Assembly: GCA_046152935.1 (NCBI GenBank)
Contig: JBJXGB010000208.1
Span: 1-47,343 of the forward strand
Length of the DNA: 47,343 bases
Source of the DNA: Cytophagales bacterium
GTDB taxonomy: Bacteria > Bacteroidota > Bacteroidia > Cytophagales > UBA9547
Reading direction: 5' to 3'
In this document: one piece after another, positions 37,663 to 46,610 of the stretch
Position numbering within the stretch: position 1 is the stretch's first letter
Layout of the letters: the number at the start of each line of letters is the position of its first letter
Made by a program: the position numbers and the translations under genes
The notes under the pieces: generated by a model
What the model was told of the DNA's origin: nothing
The model's input: only the letters and a program-made list of their open reading frames with translations
The model's database searches: none

Positions 37663-38622
37663 TTAGTAAGTAACTGTACGGCTTCTTACTTTTCCGCTTT
37701 TATTCGTGGTTGTAATTGTAAATCCGTTTCCACAGCCATCGCTTCCTGTATTTACTACTGCATCAGAAGTAAAAAGCACGCTTCCATCGGTGGTTTCGGT
37801 CAAGATGTGTCTGCGTTGTCCACTTGTAGGTCTGTACCAGCCGCAAGCTGAATTTGCTACAATTGGTGACAATATTTGTGTGTAAAATGTGTAGCCAGCC
37901 CTGTTGATACCTGTAGATACTACATTTGAATATCCATTTACAGATTTGTTTGAATTTACCGTGAAACTCAATACTCCAGCATTGTTTGCCCAAGTCAATT
38001 CACGATCGATACTCCAGTTTCTAGTGCCTGCAGCTTCGCTTAAAGTAAGACTCATATCGCCTGATACTTTGTGCATTACGGTGGAAAATTCACTAGGTCT
38101 TGCGATCACGAATCTTGGCAATCCTCCACTCACATTTATTACTGTTTGTGTACCTGAAAGTGTAGCTGTTTCACCATTTCTTGTTACGCCAAACCCAGCA
38201 AAAACCAATTTGTAAGTAGCACCTTTATCTTTGAAAAAGTTGCCACTGATCAAAGTTGCTGTTATTGTTCCGGTTCTCGTAGCTCCATTACAAAGTGTGT
38301 TTGTAAATGTATAGACAACTGTTTTTTGAGAAGTTCCTGGCAAAGTGCTGTTGTAACTGGTGCGGTTTACTGTAAAACCACAAGATGCCGCTTCTGCTTC
38401 CATTCTTCCATTTGGGTCTGTTTCTGCCAAATCTGTGTTTACTATGTCCAAAGCATCATCTATACTGCTCGAAACATTATCGTTATCCGATACTTGAGTG
38501 CTAGTTGTGTTCAGTTCTGCATCTGTCAAACCTGGTTCTGCCTCTTCTTTGTTTCTACAAGAGTTCATTGCAAGCAAAGCTGCAATAGAAAGTGTCATTA
38601 AGCTGATTGTTAATTTTTTCAT
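37663..38622 (-). CDS. Thr/Gly-rich beta-sheet lipoprotein of unknown function
   Basis: Lipobox MNSC followed by RNKEE; four further Cys. Confidence 0.75.
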   Translation of the reverse strand: MKKLTISLMTLSIAALLAMNSCRNKEEAEPGLTDAELNTTSTQVSDNDNVSSSIDDALDIVNTDLAETDPNGRMEAEAASCGFTVNRTSYNSTLPGTSQKTVVYTFTNTLCNGATRTGTITATLISGNFFKDKGATYKLVFAGFGVTRNGETATLSGTQTVINVSGGLPRFVIARPSEFSTVMHKVSGDMSLTLSEAAGTRNWSIDRELTWANNAGVLSFTVNSNKSVNGYSNVVSTGINRAGYTFYTQILSPIVANSACGWYRPTSGQRRHILTETTDGSVLFTSDAVVNTGSDGCGNGFTITTTNKSGKVRSRTVTY

Positions 38623-38664
38623 GGCTTTTACTGTTTTAATTGGTTTTTAAAGTTTTTACACAAC

Positions 38665-38692
38665 TTGGATGCAAGTCGAGATCAAAGGTTTA
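38665..38692 (-). promoter_or_regulatory. Candidate ECF promoter TAAACC-N15-CATCCAA upstream of the lipoprotein
   Basis: About 43 nt upstream of ATG 38622; matches the motif at 37024-37051. Confidence 0.55.
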
Positions 38693-38835
38693 ATTGTGTA
38701 ATGAAAATATTTATCAGTTGAATAAAATAGTGTTCTAAAGCAACGATTGTTTAATTTCAAAAATACCTTCAAAAATGTATGGCATGATTGTTTTATCCTG
38801 ACAATAAAATTAAATCATTTATAAAACTTACAATT

Positions 38836-39678
38836 ATGAAAAACTTTATTTGGATTACAATTCCTTTGTCAGCCATCATTTATTTTATGTCTACCTCGTG
38901 CGTGCCCACTAGAAAACTAAAGCAAGCTCAAATTAAAATTGACACTTTAAAATCTGATAGTTCTCGCACCCACACCTCGCTAGATGCTTGCAACACGCAA
39001 GTTAAAAATTTGATGACAGATAAAAGAGGTCTGCAAAATGAAAAGGCGGGCTTAATTGACGATAAAACAGGTTTGCAAAATGAAAACTTGAATATTCAGA
39101 ATAATTTGAATAATCTGTCTACTACCTCGAACATGACGATTGCCGACCAAGCAAAACGATTAAAAAGCCTTCAAGATTTGATTCAGGCTCAAAGAGATGC
39201 CTTGAATAAACTCAAACAAACGATGACAGACGCACTTATCAATTTCAAGGCAGATGAATTGAGCGTAACCATTAAAGATGGCAACGTATATGTATCAATG
39301 CAAGAAAAATTGTTGTTCAAATCTGGTAGCTCCGAAGTTGACCCCAAAGGAAAACAAGCATTGGCAAAGTTGGCTGTGGTATTGAATACGACAAGCAAAG
39401 ATATCAATGTAATGATCGAAGGCCATACAGATAATGTGCCAATGAAAACTGCTAAGTTTGAAGACAATTGGGCTTTGAGTTCCGGAAGGGCACTTTCTAT
39501 TGTAAGGATATTGACAAAAGACTATGGTGTAGATGCTTTTAGGGTTGTAGCTACGGGCAGTGGAGAATACCATCCTGTCAAAACAAATGATACTGAAGCT
39601 GGTAAGGCCAGCAATCGCAGAACAGAAATCATTCTTTCGCCAAACCTTTCTGAATTATATAAATTAATCAACCAATAA
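38836..39678 (+). CDS. OmpA/MotB-domain lipoprotein with a coiled-coil stalk
   Basis: STSCV lipobox, heptads, LLFKSGS, IEGHTDN, DNWALSSGRA, NRRTEI. Confidence 0.9.
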   Translation: MKNFIWITIPLSAIIYFMSTSCVPTRKLKQAQIKIDTLKSDSSRTHTSLDACNTQVKNLMTDKRGLQNEKAGLIDDKTGLQNENLNIQNNLNNLSTTSNMTIADQAKRLKSLQDLIQAQRDALNKLKQTMTDALINFKADELSVTIKDGNVYVSMQEKLLFKSGSSEVDPKGKQALAKLAVVLNTTSKDINVMIEGHTDNVPMKTAKFEDNWALSSGRALSIVRILTKDYGVDAFRVVATGSGEYHPVKTNDTEAGKASNRRTEIILSPNLSELYKLINQ

Positions 39679-39724
39679 TTCAAACAATGTTTGGTTAAGT
39701 GTTAATTAACAGTTGCTTGTAATA

Positions 39725-39764
39725 AAAAAACGCCCACTATTAAAACATAATATGGGCGTTTTTT
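39725..39764. terminator. Bidirectional terminator
   Basis: AAAAAACGCCCA...TGGGCGTTTTTT between convergent genes. Confidence 0.8.
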
Positions 39765-39780
39765 AATTTAGTAAATGCGA

Positions 39781-41064
39781 CTATCTCTTACTAATAACAG
39801 TAAAATCACGTTTTGTAGCACCAGTGTATATTTGTCTGGGGCGGCCAATAGGTTCTTTATTTGCTCGTAATTCTTTGTATTGGGCTATCCAACCAGGAAG
39901 GCGACCCAAAGCAAACATTACGGTAAACATGTTGACGGGTATGCCTAGTGCTCTGTAAATAATACCAGAATAAAAATCTACGTTTGGGTATAATTTTCGC
40001 TCGATAAAATAAGGATCGTTCAGGGCTGCATCTTCTAGGCCTTTGGCTATATCCAAAACTGGATCATCGACACCCAATTTGTTCAATATTTGATCGCAAG
40101 CACCTTTGATAATTTTGGCTCTGGGGTCGAAATTTTTATAAACTCTGTGTCCAAATCCCATCAAACGAACAGTCTTTTTCTTTACTTTTTCAATATAATC
40201 TTTTGTGCTCACCCCAGAGATGCGAATTTCTTCCAACATTTCGATCACTTCTTGGTTGGCACCACCATGTAGCGGCCCCCAAAGCGCATTGATGCCGGCC
40301 GAAACCGAGCCGTACAAACTTGCTTGCGAAGAGCCTACAATTCTTACGGTAGAAGTAGAGCAATTTTGCTCGTGATCTGCATGAAGAATCAGCAATTTGT
40401 TTAATGCGCTCGTGACCGCTGGGTCGATTGTGTACGGTTCTGTTGGATGGGCAAACATCATTTGAAGGAAGTTTGAGCCATAATCCAAACTATTTTTTGG
40501 GTAATTGTAAGGCATACCCTTCGATTTTCGATAAGACCAAGCTACCATGGTAGGCATTTTGGCAAGCAACCTTATTATCTGTACATCTAATTCTTCTGGT
40601 GAAGGACTTGGGTTTAGCGATTCTGGATAAAACGCTGTCATTGAGCATACTAGCGAAGAAAGCACACCCATTGGGTGGGCATAAGATGGGAAACCATCTA
40701 AAATGATTTTCATGTCTTCGTGTACTAGCGAACGTTTTGTAATTCGATTGGTAAAATCCTCGAGCTCTGCTTTATTTGGCAAATTGCCATAAATGAGCAA
40801 ATAAGCCACTTCGATAAACGAGGAAGTTTCGGCCAGTTGCTCAATAGGGTAGCCTCTGTATTGCAAAATACCGTTTTCACCATCCAAATAGGTGATTTCG
40901 CTCTTGGTAGCACCCGTATTTTTGTAGCCCGGATCGTAGGTTATGAAGCCAGTTTCATCTCTAAATTTCGAAATGTCGATGGCTTTTTCATTTTCAGAGC
41001 CTACTACAATTGGAAACTTGTACGATTTTCCTTCTAAGATAATTTCGGCTGTTTGATCTGACAT
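39781..41064 (-). CDS. gltA: Citrate synthase
   Basis: DPGY, HADHEQN, GPLHGGAN, GFGHRVY, YPNVDFYSG. Confidence 0.98.
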   Translation of the reverse strand: MSDQTAEIILEGKSYKFPIVVGSENEKAIDISKFRDETGFITYDPGYKNTGATKSEITYLDGENGILQYRGYPIEQLAETSSFIEVAYLLIYGNLPNKAELEDFTNRITKRSLVHEDMKIILDGFPSYAHPMGVLSSLVCSMTAFYPESLNPSPSPEELDVQIIRLLAKMPTMVAWSYRKSKGMPYNYPKNSLDYGSNFLQMMFAHPTEPYTIDPAVTSALNKLLILHADHEQNCSTSTVRIVGSSQASLYGSVSAGINALWGPLHGGANQEVIEMLEEIRISGVSTKDYIEKVKKKTVRLMGFGHRVYKNFDPRAKIIKGACDQILNKLGVDDPVLDIAKGLEDAALNDPYFIERKLYPNVDFYSGIIYRALGIPVNMFTVMFALGRLPGWIAQYKELRANKEPIGRPRQIYTGATKRDFTVISKR

Positions 41065-41267
41065 ATTTAATAAGGATTATAGGAATTTTATACAAATAAT
41101 AATTTCGAAATATAATGAAAAAAATATAACTCCTACGAGGGCAGATGTTTTTTAAGGGTAATTATTGAAAAAATTCTGCGGATTTGAAAAATATCCTTCA
41201 ATTTAAAATTGATTACCACAAGAAGTAGTCAAATAAATATCTATAAATAGATTTATTCAAAACTAAA

Positions 41268-41684
41268 TTACCATCCTCCCATTTTCATTACAGTCAATAT
41301 TGTGCTAATGACGGCAATTGTGGTGCCGATAATTAGCCCAAAAAGCCATCTGATCATTTCAGATTTTGAATCTGAAATGAGCTTAATGACTTCTACTTTT
41401 GAATCCGATATTTGCTTTTGACAATCTGCCACCTGCTTTTGACATTCACCAATCTGTTTTTGACATTCACCAATCTGTTTTTGAGTCTCTTGGGTGTTTT
41501 TGTGAATGCTTTCCAAAATTTTCAATTCTAATCTAAGCAAATCTTCTTTGGTTGCAAACACATTTTTTGCTTCCAGATACTTGTCTTCAACTTTCGACTC
41601 AATGTATTCCACGAGTGTTCGAGCTTCCTCTTCACCCATCTTATCTCGAAGAATATCTACCAATCTAAAATCAGAAATATACAT
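41268..41684 (-). CDS. Coiled-coil protein with C-terminal TM anchor (DUF1640/CCDC90-like)
   Basis: Short helical head, ATKEDL neck, heptad stalk, IRW followed by a TM segment. Confidence 0.7.
   Translation of the reverse strand: MYISDFRLVDILRDKMGEEEARTLVEYIESKVEDKYLEAKNVFATKEDLLRLELKILESIHKNTQETQKQIGECQKQIGECQKQVADCQKQISDSKVEVIKLISDSKSEMIRWLFGLIIGTTIAVISTILTVMKMGGW
41400..41483 (-). repeat. Four 21-bp in-frame tandem repeats
   Basis: Two exact copies of acattcaccaatctgtttttg (41442-41483) plus two diverged copies; encode QKQIGEC QKQIGEC QKQVADC QKQISDS. Confidence 0.85.
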
Positions 41685-41722
41685 TGAAAATCTATTTTGA
41701 CCGAAATATAGGAACGAAGGAT

Positions 41723-42883
41723 CTAAAATGCTACGAAATCAGTGTATAAGAGGTACTTTTTTCTAGTTTTCTTATACCTTGCTAAATCTGCCTTCCAAGA
41801 TGCTCTTATTTTAGTTTCTGAAATCCCTGCTTTTATTTGCTGCATCAAATGGTCATTTCCAGCTAATTTATTGAAAAATGGATTAAAAAAAGTATCCTTA
41901 TTTTGCGATTTGTTATAGAAATCAATTAAATGGCTTAGATTAAATTTATGGTTTGGCTTGGCTTGTCGTAAATCAATTCCATAGCATTTTTTTCCAATAT
42001 GCACTGGTTCTTTCGCCATGCCATCAATACTTTGGGGAATAAAATAGTACTCTCCAAATGTGCTATCTGGAAAGCCAATGGCTTGAAAAGGGAAATAGGT
42101 ACCCCTTGCCACACTTATATTCGTGCCTTCAAATAAACATAAAGAAGGATAAAGGGCAATTGATAAGTCGTTTGGTAAATTAGGTGACGGTTTTATTGGC
42201 AAACTATAAGTAGAATCGTGCGTATAATTGACACACTTTATTATTTCTAAATCGCATTGTAATCCATTTTTGAGCCATTTTTCCCCATTTATCATTCGTG
42301 CCAATTCGCCAATTGTCAAGCCGTGCACAATGGGTATAGGGTGCAATCCTACGAAAGATGTAAAGTTGGTATCTAGAACAGGTCCATCGATGTACATGCC
42401 GTTGGGGTTTGGCCTATCTAAAATTATCAAAGTTTTATGACTTTGGGCACAGGCTTCCATAACATAATGCAGCGTGCTAATATAGGTGTAAAATCGTGCG
42501 CCAACATCCTGAATATCAAACACTATGATATCTAAATCTAGAATTTGTTCTGGGTAAGGTTTTTTATTTTTTCCATACAGTGAAACTACAGATATGCCAG
42601 TTTTCGCATCTACATCATTATTTACTTTTTCGCCCGCATCTGCCTTCCCTCTAAAACCATGTTCTGGGCCAAATATCCTTACAATATTTACTTTCGAGGC
42701 TAGTAAAGTATCTAATAAGTGGGTATTATGAACAACTGAGGTCTGGTTTACAACCAAACCTACTTTTTTATTCTTCAATAAACGTAAATAGTCATTCAAT
42801 GCGTTTGCCGCTGGAAACGGTTGCGACAGACTTACGAATGTCGAAAAAGTAAATGTCATTGTGGCTACTAAGTTTTTTAGCAT
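41723..42883 (-). CDS. DUF1343 / NamZ-like exo-beta-N-acetylmuramidase
   Basis: VGLVVNQTS, FGPEHGFRG, FDIQDVGARFYTY, DRPNP, PSPNLP. Confidence 0.9.
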   Translation of the reverse strand: MLKNLVATMTFTFSTFVSLSQPFPAANALNDYLRLLKNKKVGLVVNQTSVVHNTHLLDTLLASKVNIVRIFGPEHGFRGKADAGEKVNNDVDAKTGISVVSLYGKNKKPYPEQILDLDIIVFDIQDVGARFYTYISTLHYVMEACAQSHKTLIILDRPNPNGMYIDGPVLDTNFTSFVGLHPIPIVHGLTIGELARMINGEKWLKNGLQCDLEIIKCVNYTHDSTYSLPIKPSPNLPNDLSIALYPSLCLFEGTNISVARGTYFPFQAIGFPDSTFGEYYFIPQSIDGMAKEPVHIGKKCYGIDLRQAKPNHKFNLSHLIDFYNKSQNKDTFFNPFFNKLAGNDHLMQQIKAGISETKIRASWKADLARYKKTRKKYLLYTDFVAF

Positions 42884-42934
42884 TTCAATCTCATTTAAAA
42901 GCGATCAGAATAGATTTTTCTCTTCCCAATAATA

Positions 42935-42965
42935 AAGAAAGCCAGGATTTTGTCCTGGCTTTCTT
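42935..42965 (-). terminator. Intrinsic terminator after the 61-aa ORF
   Basis: AAGAAAGCCAGGA-ttttg-TCCTGGCTTTCTT. Confidence 0.8.
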
Positions 42966-42988
42966 CAAATCGATGATGTTGCACTCAA

Positions 42989-43174
42989 TTAAAACGTGAT
43001 TACTCTTGCCAGACCAGCTTTGTAGTTTTTCAAATCGTAACCAGCCATGTTTGAGTAGCTATTGGCTTTGATTTTTTCAGCATATTTCTGTGCTACATCT
43101 TCTTTTCCATCAAACAAATCTGTGTTGCTGATGTGTTTGCTTATTTGCGGAATTCCAAAATTTTTATCTTCCAT
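42989..43174 (-). CDS. Small hypothetical protein (61 aa)
   Basis: Intergenic, co-oriented with mdh, ATG start, followed by a terminator. Confidence 0.65.
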   Translation of the reverse strand: MEDKNFGIPQISKHISNTDLFDGKEDVAQKYAEKIKANSYSNMAGYDLKNYKAGLARVITF

Positions 43175-43288
43175 GAGACTCTTGATTATGAATTATGAAT
43201 TATTAATTATTTGAAGAATGTGTAGTATCTGATTTACTACAAAAAACAGAGTAGAATTATTAGCAACGAGTAAATTACTAGATCCTAA

Positions 43289-44227
43289 TTATTTAACAAC
43301 TCTTTGGCTATCAAGTACTTGCATTACAGATTTTACTGCTTTCTCAGAATCTTTCAACAATGCCAATTCGGCATCATTTAACTTGATTTCTAAAATGCGT
43401 TCTACTCCGTTTCTACCCAACACTACAGGCACGCCCAAGTAGCAATCGCTAATTCCGAATTCGCCCTGTAATTGCATACAAACCGGAAATACGCGTTTTT
43501 GGTCTTTTACAATAGCTTCAACCATTTGCGCAGCAGCCGAACCTGGTGCATACCAAGCAGAAGTACCCATCAATTTTACTAATTCGCCACCGCCTCTTTT
43601 GGTTCTTTCCAAAATGGCTTGCAATTTATCAGCATCGATCAATTCAGTAACTGGAATACCGCCAACTGTTGTGTAACGTGGAAGAGGCACCATGGTGTCG
43701 CCATGTCCGCCTAGCAATACGGCTTGAATATCTTTTGGAGAAACGTTTAATTCTTCGGCAATAAATGAACGATAACGAGCAGTATCCAAAATTCCTGCCA
43801 TTCCAATTACCTTATTTCTAGGCAATTTCGATACAAAATGGGCTTGGTAAGTCATCACATCCAATGGATTCGATACAATAATAATGACTGCATTTGGAGA
43901 GTATTTCACTACTTGTTCAGTAACAGAACCTACTATTCCGGCATTGGTGGCGATAAGGTCGTCACGCGTCATGCCTGGTTTGCGAGGCAAGCCCGAAGTG
44001 ATAACAACCACATCTGAATTGGCTGTTTTTGTATAATCATTGGTAGAGCCAATCGTTTTTGTATCGTACAAATCGATTGGAGCTTTTTGAGAAATATCGA
44101 GCGCCTTGCCCTCTGCGAAACCTTCGCGAATATCTAACAATACGACTTCGTTGGCTATTTCTCGGTATGCCAACACATCGGCACACGTGGCGCCTACGTT
44201 TCCTGCACCTACTACAGTTACTTTCAT
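43289..44227 (-). CDS. mdh: Malate dehydrogenase (LDH-like type)
   Basis: VVGAGNVG, PRKPGMTRDDL, SNPLD, LDTAR, GGHGD. Confidence 0.97.
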   Translation of the reverse strand: MKVTVVGAGNVGATCADVLAYREIANEVVLLDIREGFAEGKALDISQKAPIDLYDTKTIGSTNDYTKTANSDVVVITSGLPRKPGMTRDDLIATNAGIVGSVTEQVVKYSPNAVIIIVSNPLDVMTYQAHFVSKLPRNKVIGMAGILDTARYRSFIAEELNVSPKDIQAVLLGGHGDTMVPLPRYTTVGGIPVTELIDADKLQAILERTKRGGGELVKLMGTSAWYAPGSAAAQMVEAIVKDQKRVFPVCMQLQGEFGISDCYLGVPVVLGRNGVERILEIKLNDAELALLKDSEKAVKSVMQVLDSQRVVK

Positions 44228-44335
44228 TTGGTTTTTATTAGTTTGTTGATGGATGTAAAAATAATATCGATTTTATTAATGTCAGAAATAAAATCAGACA
44301 AAAATAGAAAACAGCGTTTGATTATTTTATGATTT

Positions 44336-44821
44336 TTAATAATGATTAAAATTTATTTTACTTTTTTCAGTAGTGGTCTTTTTAATTAAATCGATTACAA
44401 TATCTGCCTCAAAGCCTTTGCCCATCAGAAATTTTATCATTTTTTGATTTCTAATGCTGCTATTTTTCTCTTTCATAGCAGGAAGTTTCTTTTCGATCAA
44501 TTTTGTGATCGTTTTTTCATAATCATCACCAGCTATTTCCGCCAACCCCTTTTTAATGCAATAATCGCTCAATCCGTGCTGTTTTAAGCCTTGTTTGATT
44601 TTGATTTTGCCCCATTTTAAGTTTCTAAATTTTCCAGAAGCATACGCTTTGGCAAACCGTTCTTCATTGATGAAATTTTCTTGTATCAGTTCGACAATTA
44701 CCTCTTCAATAGCTTCATCCCAAAGCTCCAATTCTCTTAATTTATTTCTCACCTCGGCTTGGGTACGCTCTTGGTAAGCACAATAGCGACTGGCTTTGGC
44801 AAATGCCGTTTTCTTATCCAC
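44336..44821 (-). CDS. recX: RecX regulatory protein
   Basis: YCAYQERTQAEV, FINEERFA, KWGKIKI, KGFE. Confidence 0.9.
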   Translation of the reverse strand: MDKKTAFAKASRYCAYQERTQAEVRNKLRELELWDEAIEEVIVELIQENFINEERFAKAYASGKFRNLKWGKIKIKQGLKQHGLSDYCIKKGLAEIAGDDYEKTITKLIEKKLPAMKEKNSSIRNQKMIKFLMGKGFEADIVIDLIKKTTTEKSKINFNHY

Positions 44822-44931
44822 ACTAGTTTTTTTATTTTGAATTCAAATATTATCCAAATCAGAATTAAATTTCATCAAAAATTGTAGATTTGTGAGATTT
44901 GACAAATAAAACAAAACTTAATTTTACAATC

Positions 44932-45060
44932 ATGGGAAAAGGCGATAAAAAATCGAGAAAAGGCAAAGTTTGGAAAGGCACTTTTGGTGTTCGCAGAAGA
45001 AGAAGAGCATTGAAAGTAACTGTTGATGCAACTTCAAAGGCAAGCGCGAAGGCTAAATAA
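44932..45060 (+). CDS. thx: 30S ribosomal protein bTHX (42 aa)
   Basis: Below the track cut-off. MGKGDKKSRKGKVWKGTFGVRRRRRALKVTVDATSKASAKAK fits the THX pattern GKGDxK(T/S)xxGK...G(T/S)(Y/F)G. TAGATTTG at 44885-44892 upstream and a hairpin downstream. Confidence 0.9.
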   Translation: MGKGDKKSRKGKVWKGTFGVRRRRRALKVTVDATSKASAKAK

Positions 45061-45075
45061 AATGTGGAATTTTGA

Positions 45076-45103
45076 ACATGGTTTAATTTTTTTTAAACCA
45101 TGT
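45076..45103 (+). terminator. Hairpin after thx
   Basis: ACATGGTTTAA-tttttt-TTAAACCATGT. Confidence 0.6.
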
Positions 45104-45143
45104 CCTTATTGTTGCAATTCATTCTAAACACCAAATTAAAGAC

Positions 45144-45908
45144 GTGAAAATTCCCTTTTTTAGCAGTAAAACTGAAGAAAAACAAGTTTTAGGCATCGAT
45201 ATTGGAGGCTCTGGCATTAAAGGAGCTGTGGTCGATGTAGTTTCTGGCGAAATATTGACTGAAAGATTACGTTTAGAAACCCCCCAACCAGCTACCCCCC
45301 AAGCTGTTATCGATACCATCAAGACTTTGGTTAGTGATTTGAAATGGACAGGTGCGATTGGTTGTGGTTTCCCTGCCGTCATTCAGCAAGGAGTAGCCAA
45401 AACAGCCGCCAATGTCGATGCGAGCTGGATAGGAACGAACATTGAGCAGTTGATAACAGAGCAAATTAAATGTCATGCACGCGTAATCAACGATGCCGAT
45501 GCTGCAGGTCTTGCTGAAGTGAAATTTGGTGCTGGTCAAGGAGTTGAAGGGGTAGTCTTGATGCTCACCATTGGCACTGGCATTGGTTCTGCCCTGTTTA
45601 TTGATGGTTTGCTAGTGCCAAATACTGAATACGGACACTTATATTATAAGGATATTGTGGCAGAAAAATACTGCTCAGATGCTGCTAGAAAAAAATATGA
45701 ACTGGAATGGGATGTGTGGAGTGATCGATTCAATAAATATTTGAGGCACTTGGAAAGAACTGTCAATCCGGACTTGTTCATTATTGGCGGTGGAATTAGT
45801 AAAAAGCCAGAGAAGTTTTTACCATTTCTTACCATAGATACTCCTTTGAAAATTGCAGAACAGCAAAATAATGCTGGTATTGTTGGGGCTGCGATGGCTG
45901 CCGCATGA
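45144..45908 (+). CDS. ppgK: Polyphosphate/ATP glucokinase (ROK family)
   Basis: [49 protein letters not shown]. Confidence 0.9.
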   Translation: MKIPFFSSKTEEKQVLGIDIGGSGIKGAVVDVVSGEILTERLRLETPQPATPQAVIDTIKTLVSDLKWTGAIGCGFPAVIQQGVAKTAANVDASWIGTNIEQLITEQIKCHARVINDADAAGLAEVKFGAGQGVEGVVLMLTIGTGIGSALFIDGLLVPNTEYGHLYYKDIVAEKYCSDAARKKYELEWDVWSDRFNKYLRHLERTVNPDLFIIGGGISKKPEKFLPFLTIDTPLKIAEQQNNAGIVGAAMAAA

Positions 45909-45970
45909 TTTCAAACCATGAAAATTGGATTAGATACACCAAACCTACACTTACCTTTTAATCAATAAAA

Positions 45971-46546
45971 ATGAAATATAGCAAAAAACTCATTGGGCAG
46001 AAATGCTATTTGGCACCGGTGAGAGTTGAAGATGCCGAAAAATATTTTGAGTGGCTCAATGATTTGGAAGTATCTGTAAATCTTAGAACTTATAGCCAGC
46101 AAATACCTTTTGAAATTGACAAAGAATATTTGGAAAAATTTGCCAAAAACCAAACAGAAGACTATTTATTTGGCATCATTTCAAAAGACACAGACACTTT
46201 GATTGGCAATTGTGCGTTGATGAATCCTGATTTTATCAACAGAAATGCAGAATTGGGCGTATTTGTGGGTGACAAAAATTTCTGGGGAAAAGGTATAGGT
46301 ACCGAAGCAACATTATTACTTTTAGATTTTGGATTTAATGTGTTGAATCTTCACAATATTTGGCTTAGTTTTTTCGATTTTAATACAAAAAGCAAACGAA
46401 TTTATGAGAAGTGCGGGTTTCAAGTACTCGGACGTAGACGAGAAGCTAAAATAATTGGAAATCTTAAATTTGATATTGTATTTATGGATGTATTGGCAGA
46501 TGAATATAAGTCTGTTTACATCAAAAACCTCTTGCACATTGAATGA
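45971..46546 (+). CDS. GNAT acetyltransferase, RimJ/RimL-like
   Basis: AELGVFVG, WGKGIGTEA, YEKCGF. Confidence 0.88.
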   Translation: MKYSKKLIGQKCYLAPVRVEDAEKYFEWLNDLEVSVNLRTYSQQIPFEIDKEYLEKFAKNQTEDYLFGIISKDTDTLIGNCALMNPDFINRNAELGVFVGDKNFWGKGIGTEATLLLLDFGFNVLNLHNIWLSFFDFNTKSKRIYEKCGFQVLGRRREAKIIGNLKFDIVFMDVLADEYKSVYIKNLLHIE

Positions 46547-46610
46547 TTTTTTCGCCTGTATTGCAATGATTCTCTCAAATATTATTCGATTTTCATAATT
46601 TCTTATTGTT

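Noticed and set aside
39019-39087. 42-nt-period duplication in the OmpA/MotB stalk
   Set aside because: Ordinary diverged coiled-coil heptad duplication.
41400-41483. 21-bp repeats as a CRISPR array
   Set aside because: No spacers, in frame within a CDS, and no cas genes.
42989-43174. 61-aa ORF region as tmRNA
   Set aside because: No tRNA-like ends and no tag ending in ALAA.
3183-46537. Remaining 60-140 aa antisense or overlapping track ORFs inside housekeeping genes
   Set aside because: They overlap well-supported genes and show no motifs, promoters or terminators of their own.
46566-46598. In-frame ATG followed by TAA before nuoL, suggesting a pseudogene
   Set aside because: TTG at 46611 gives a normal-looking N-terminus and the frame is open from there to the window edge.
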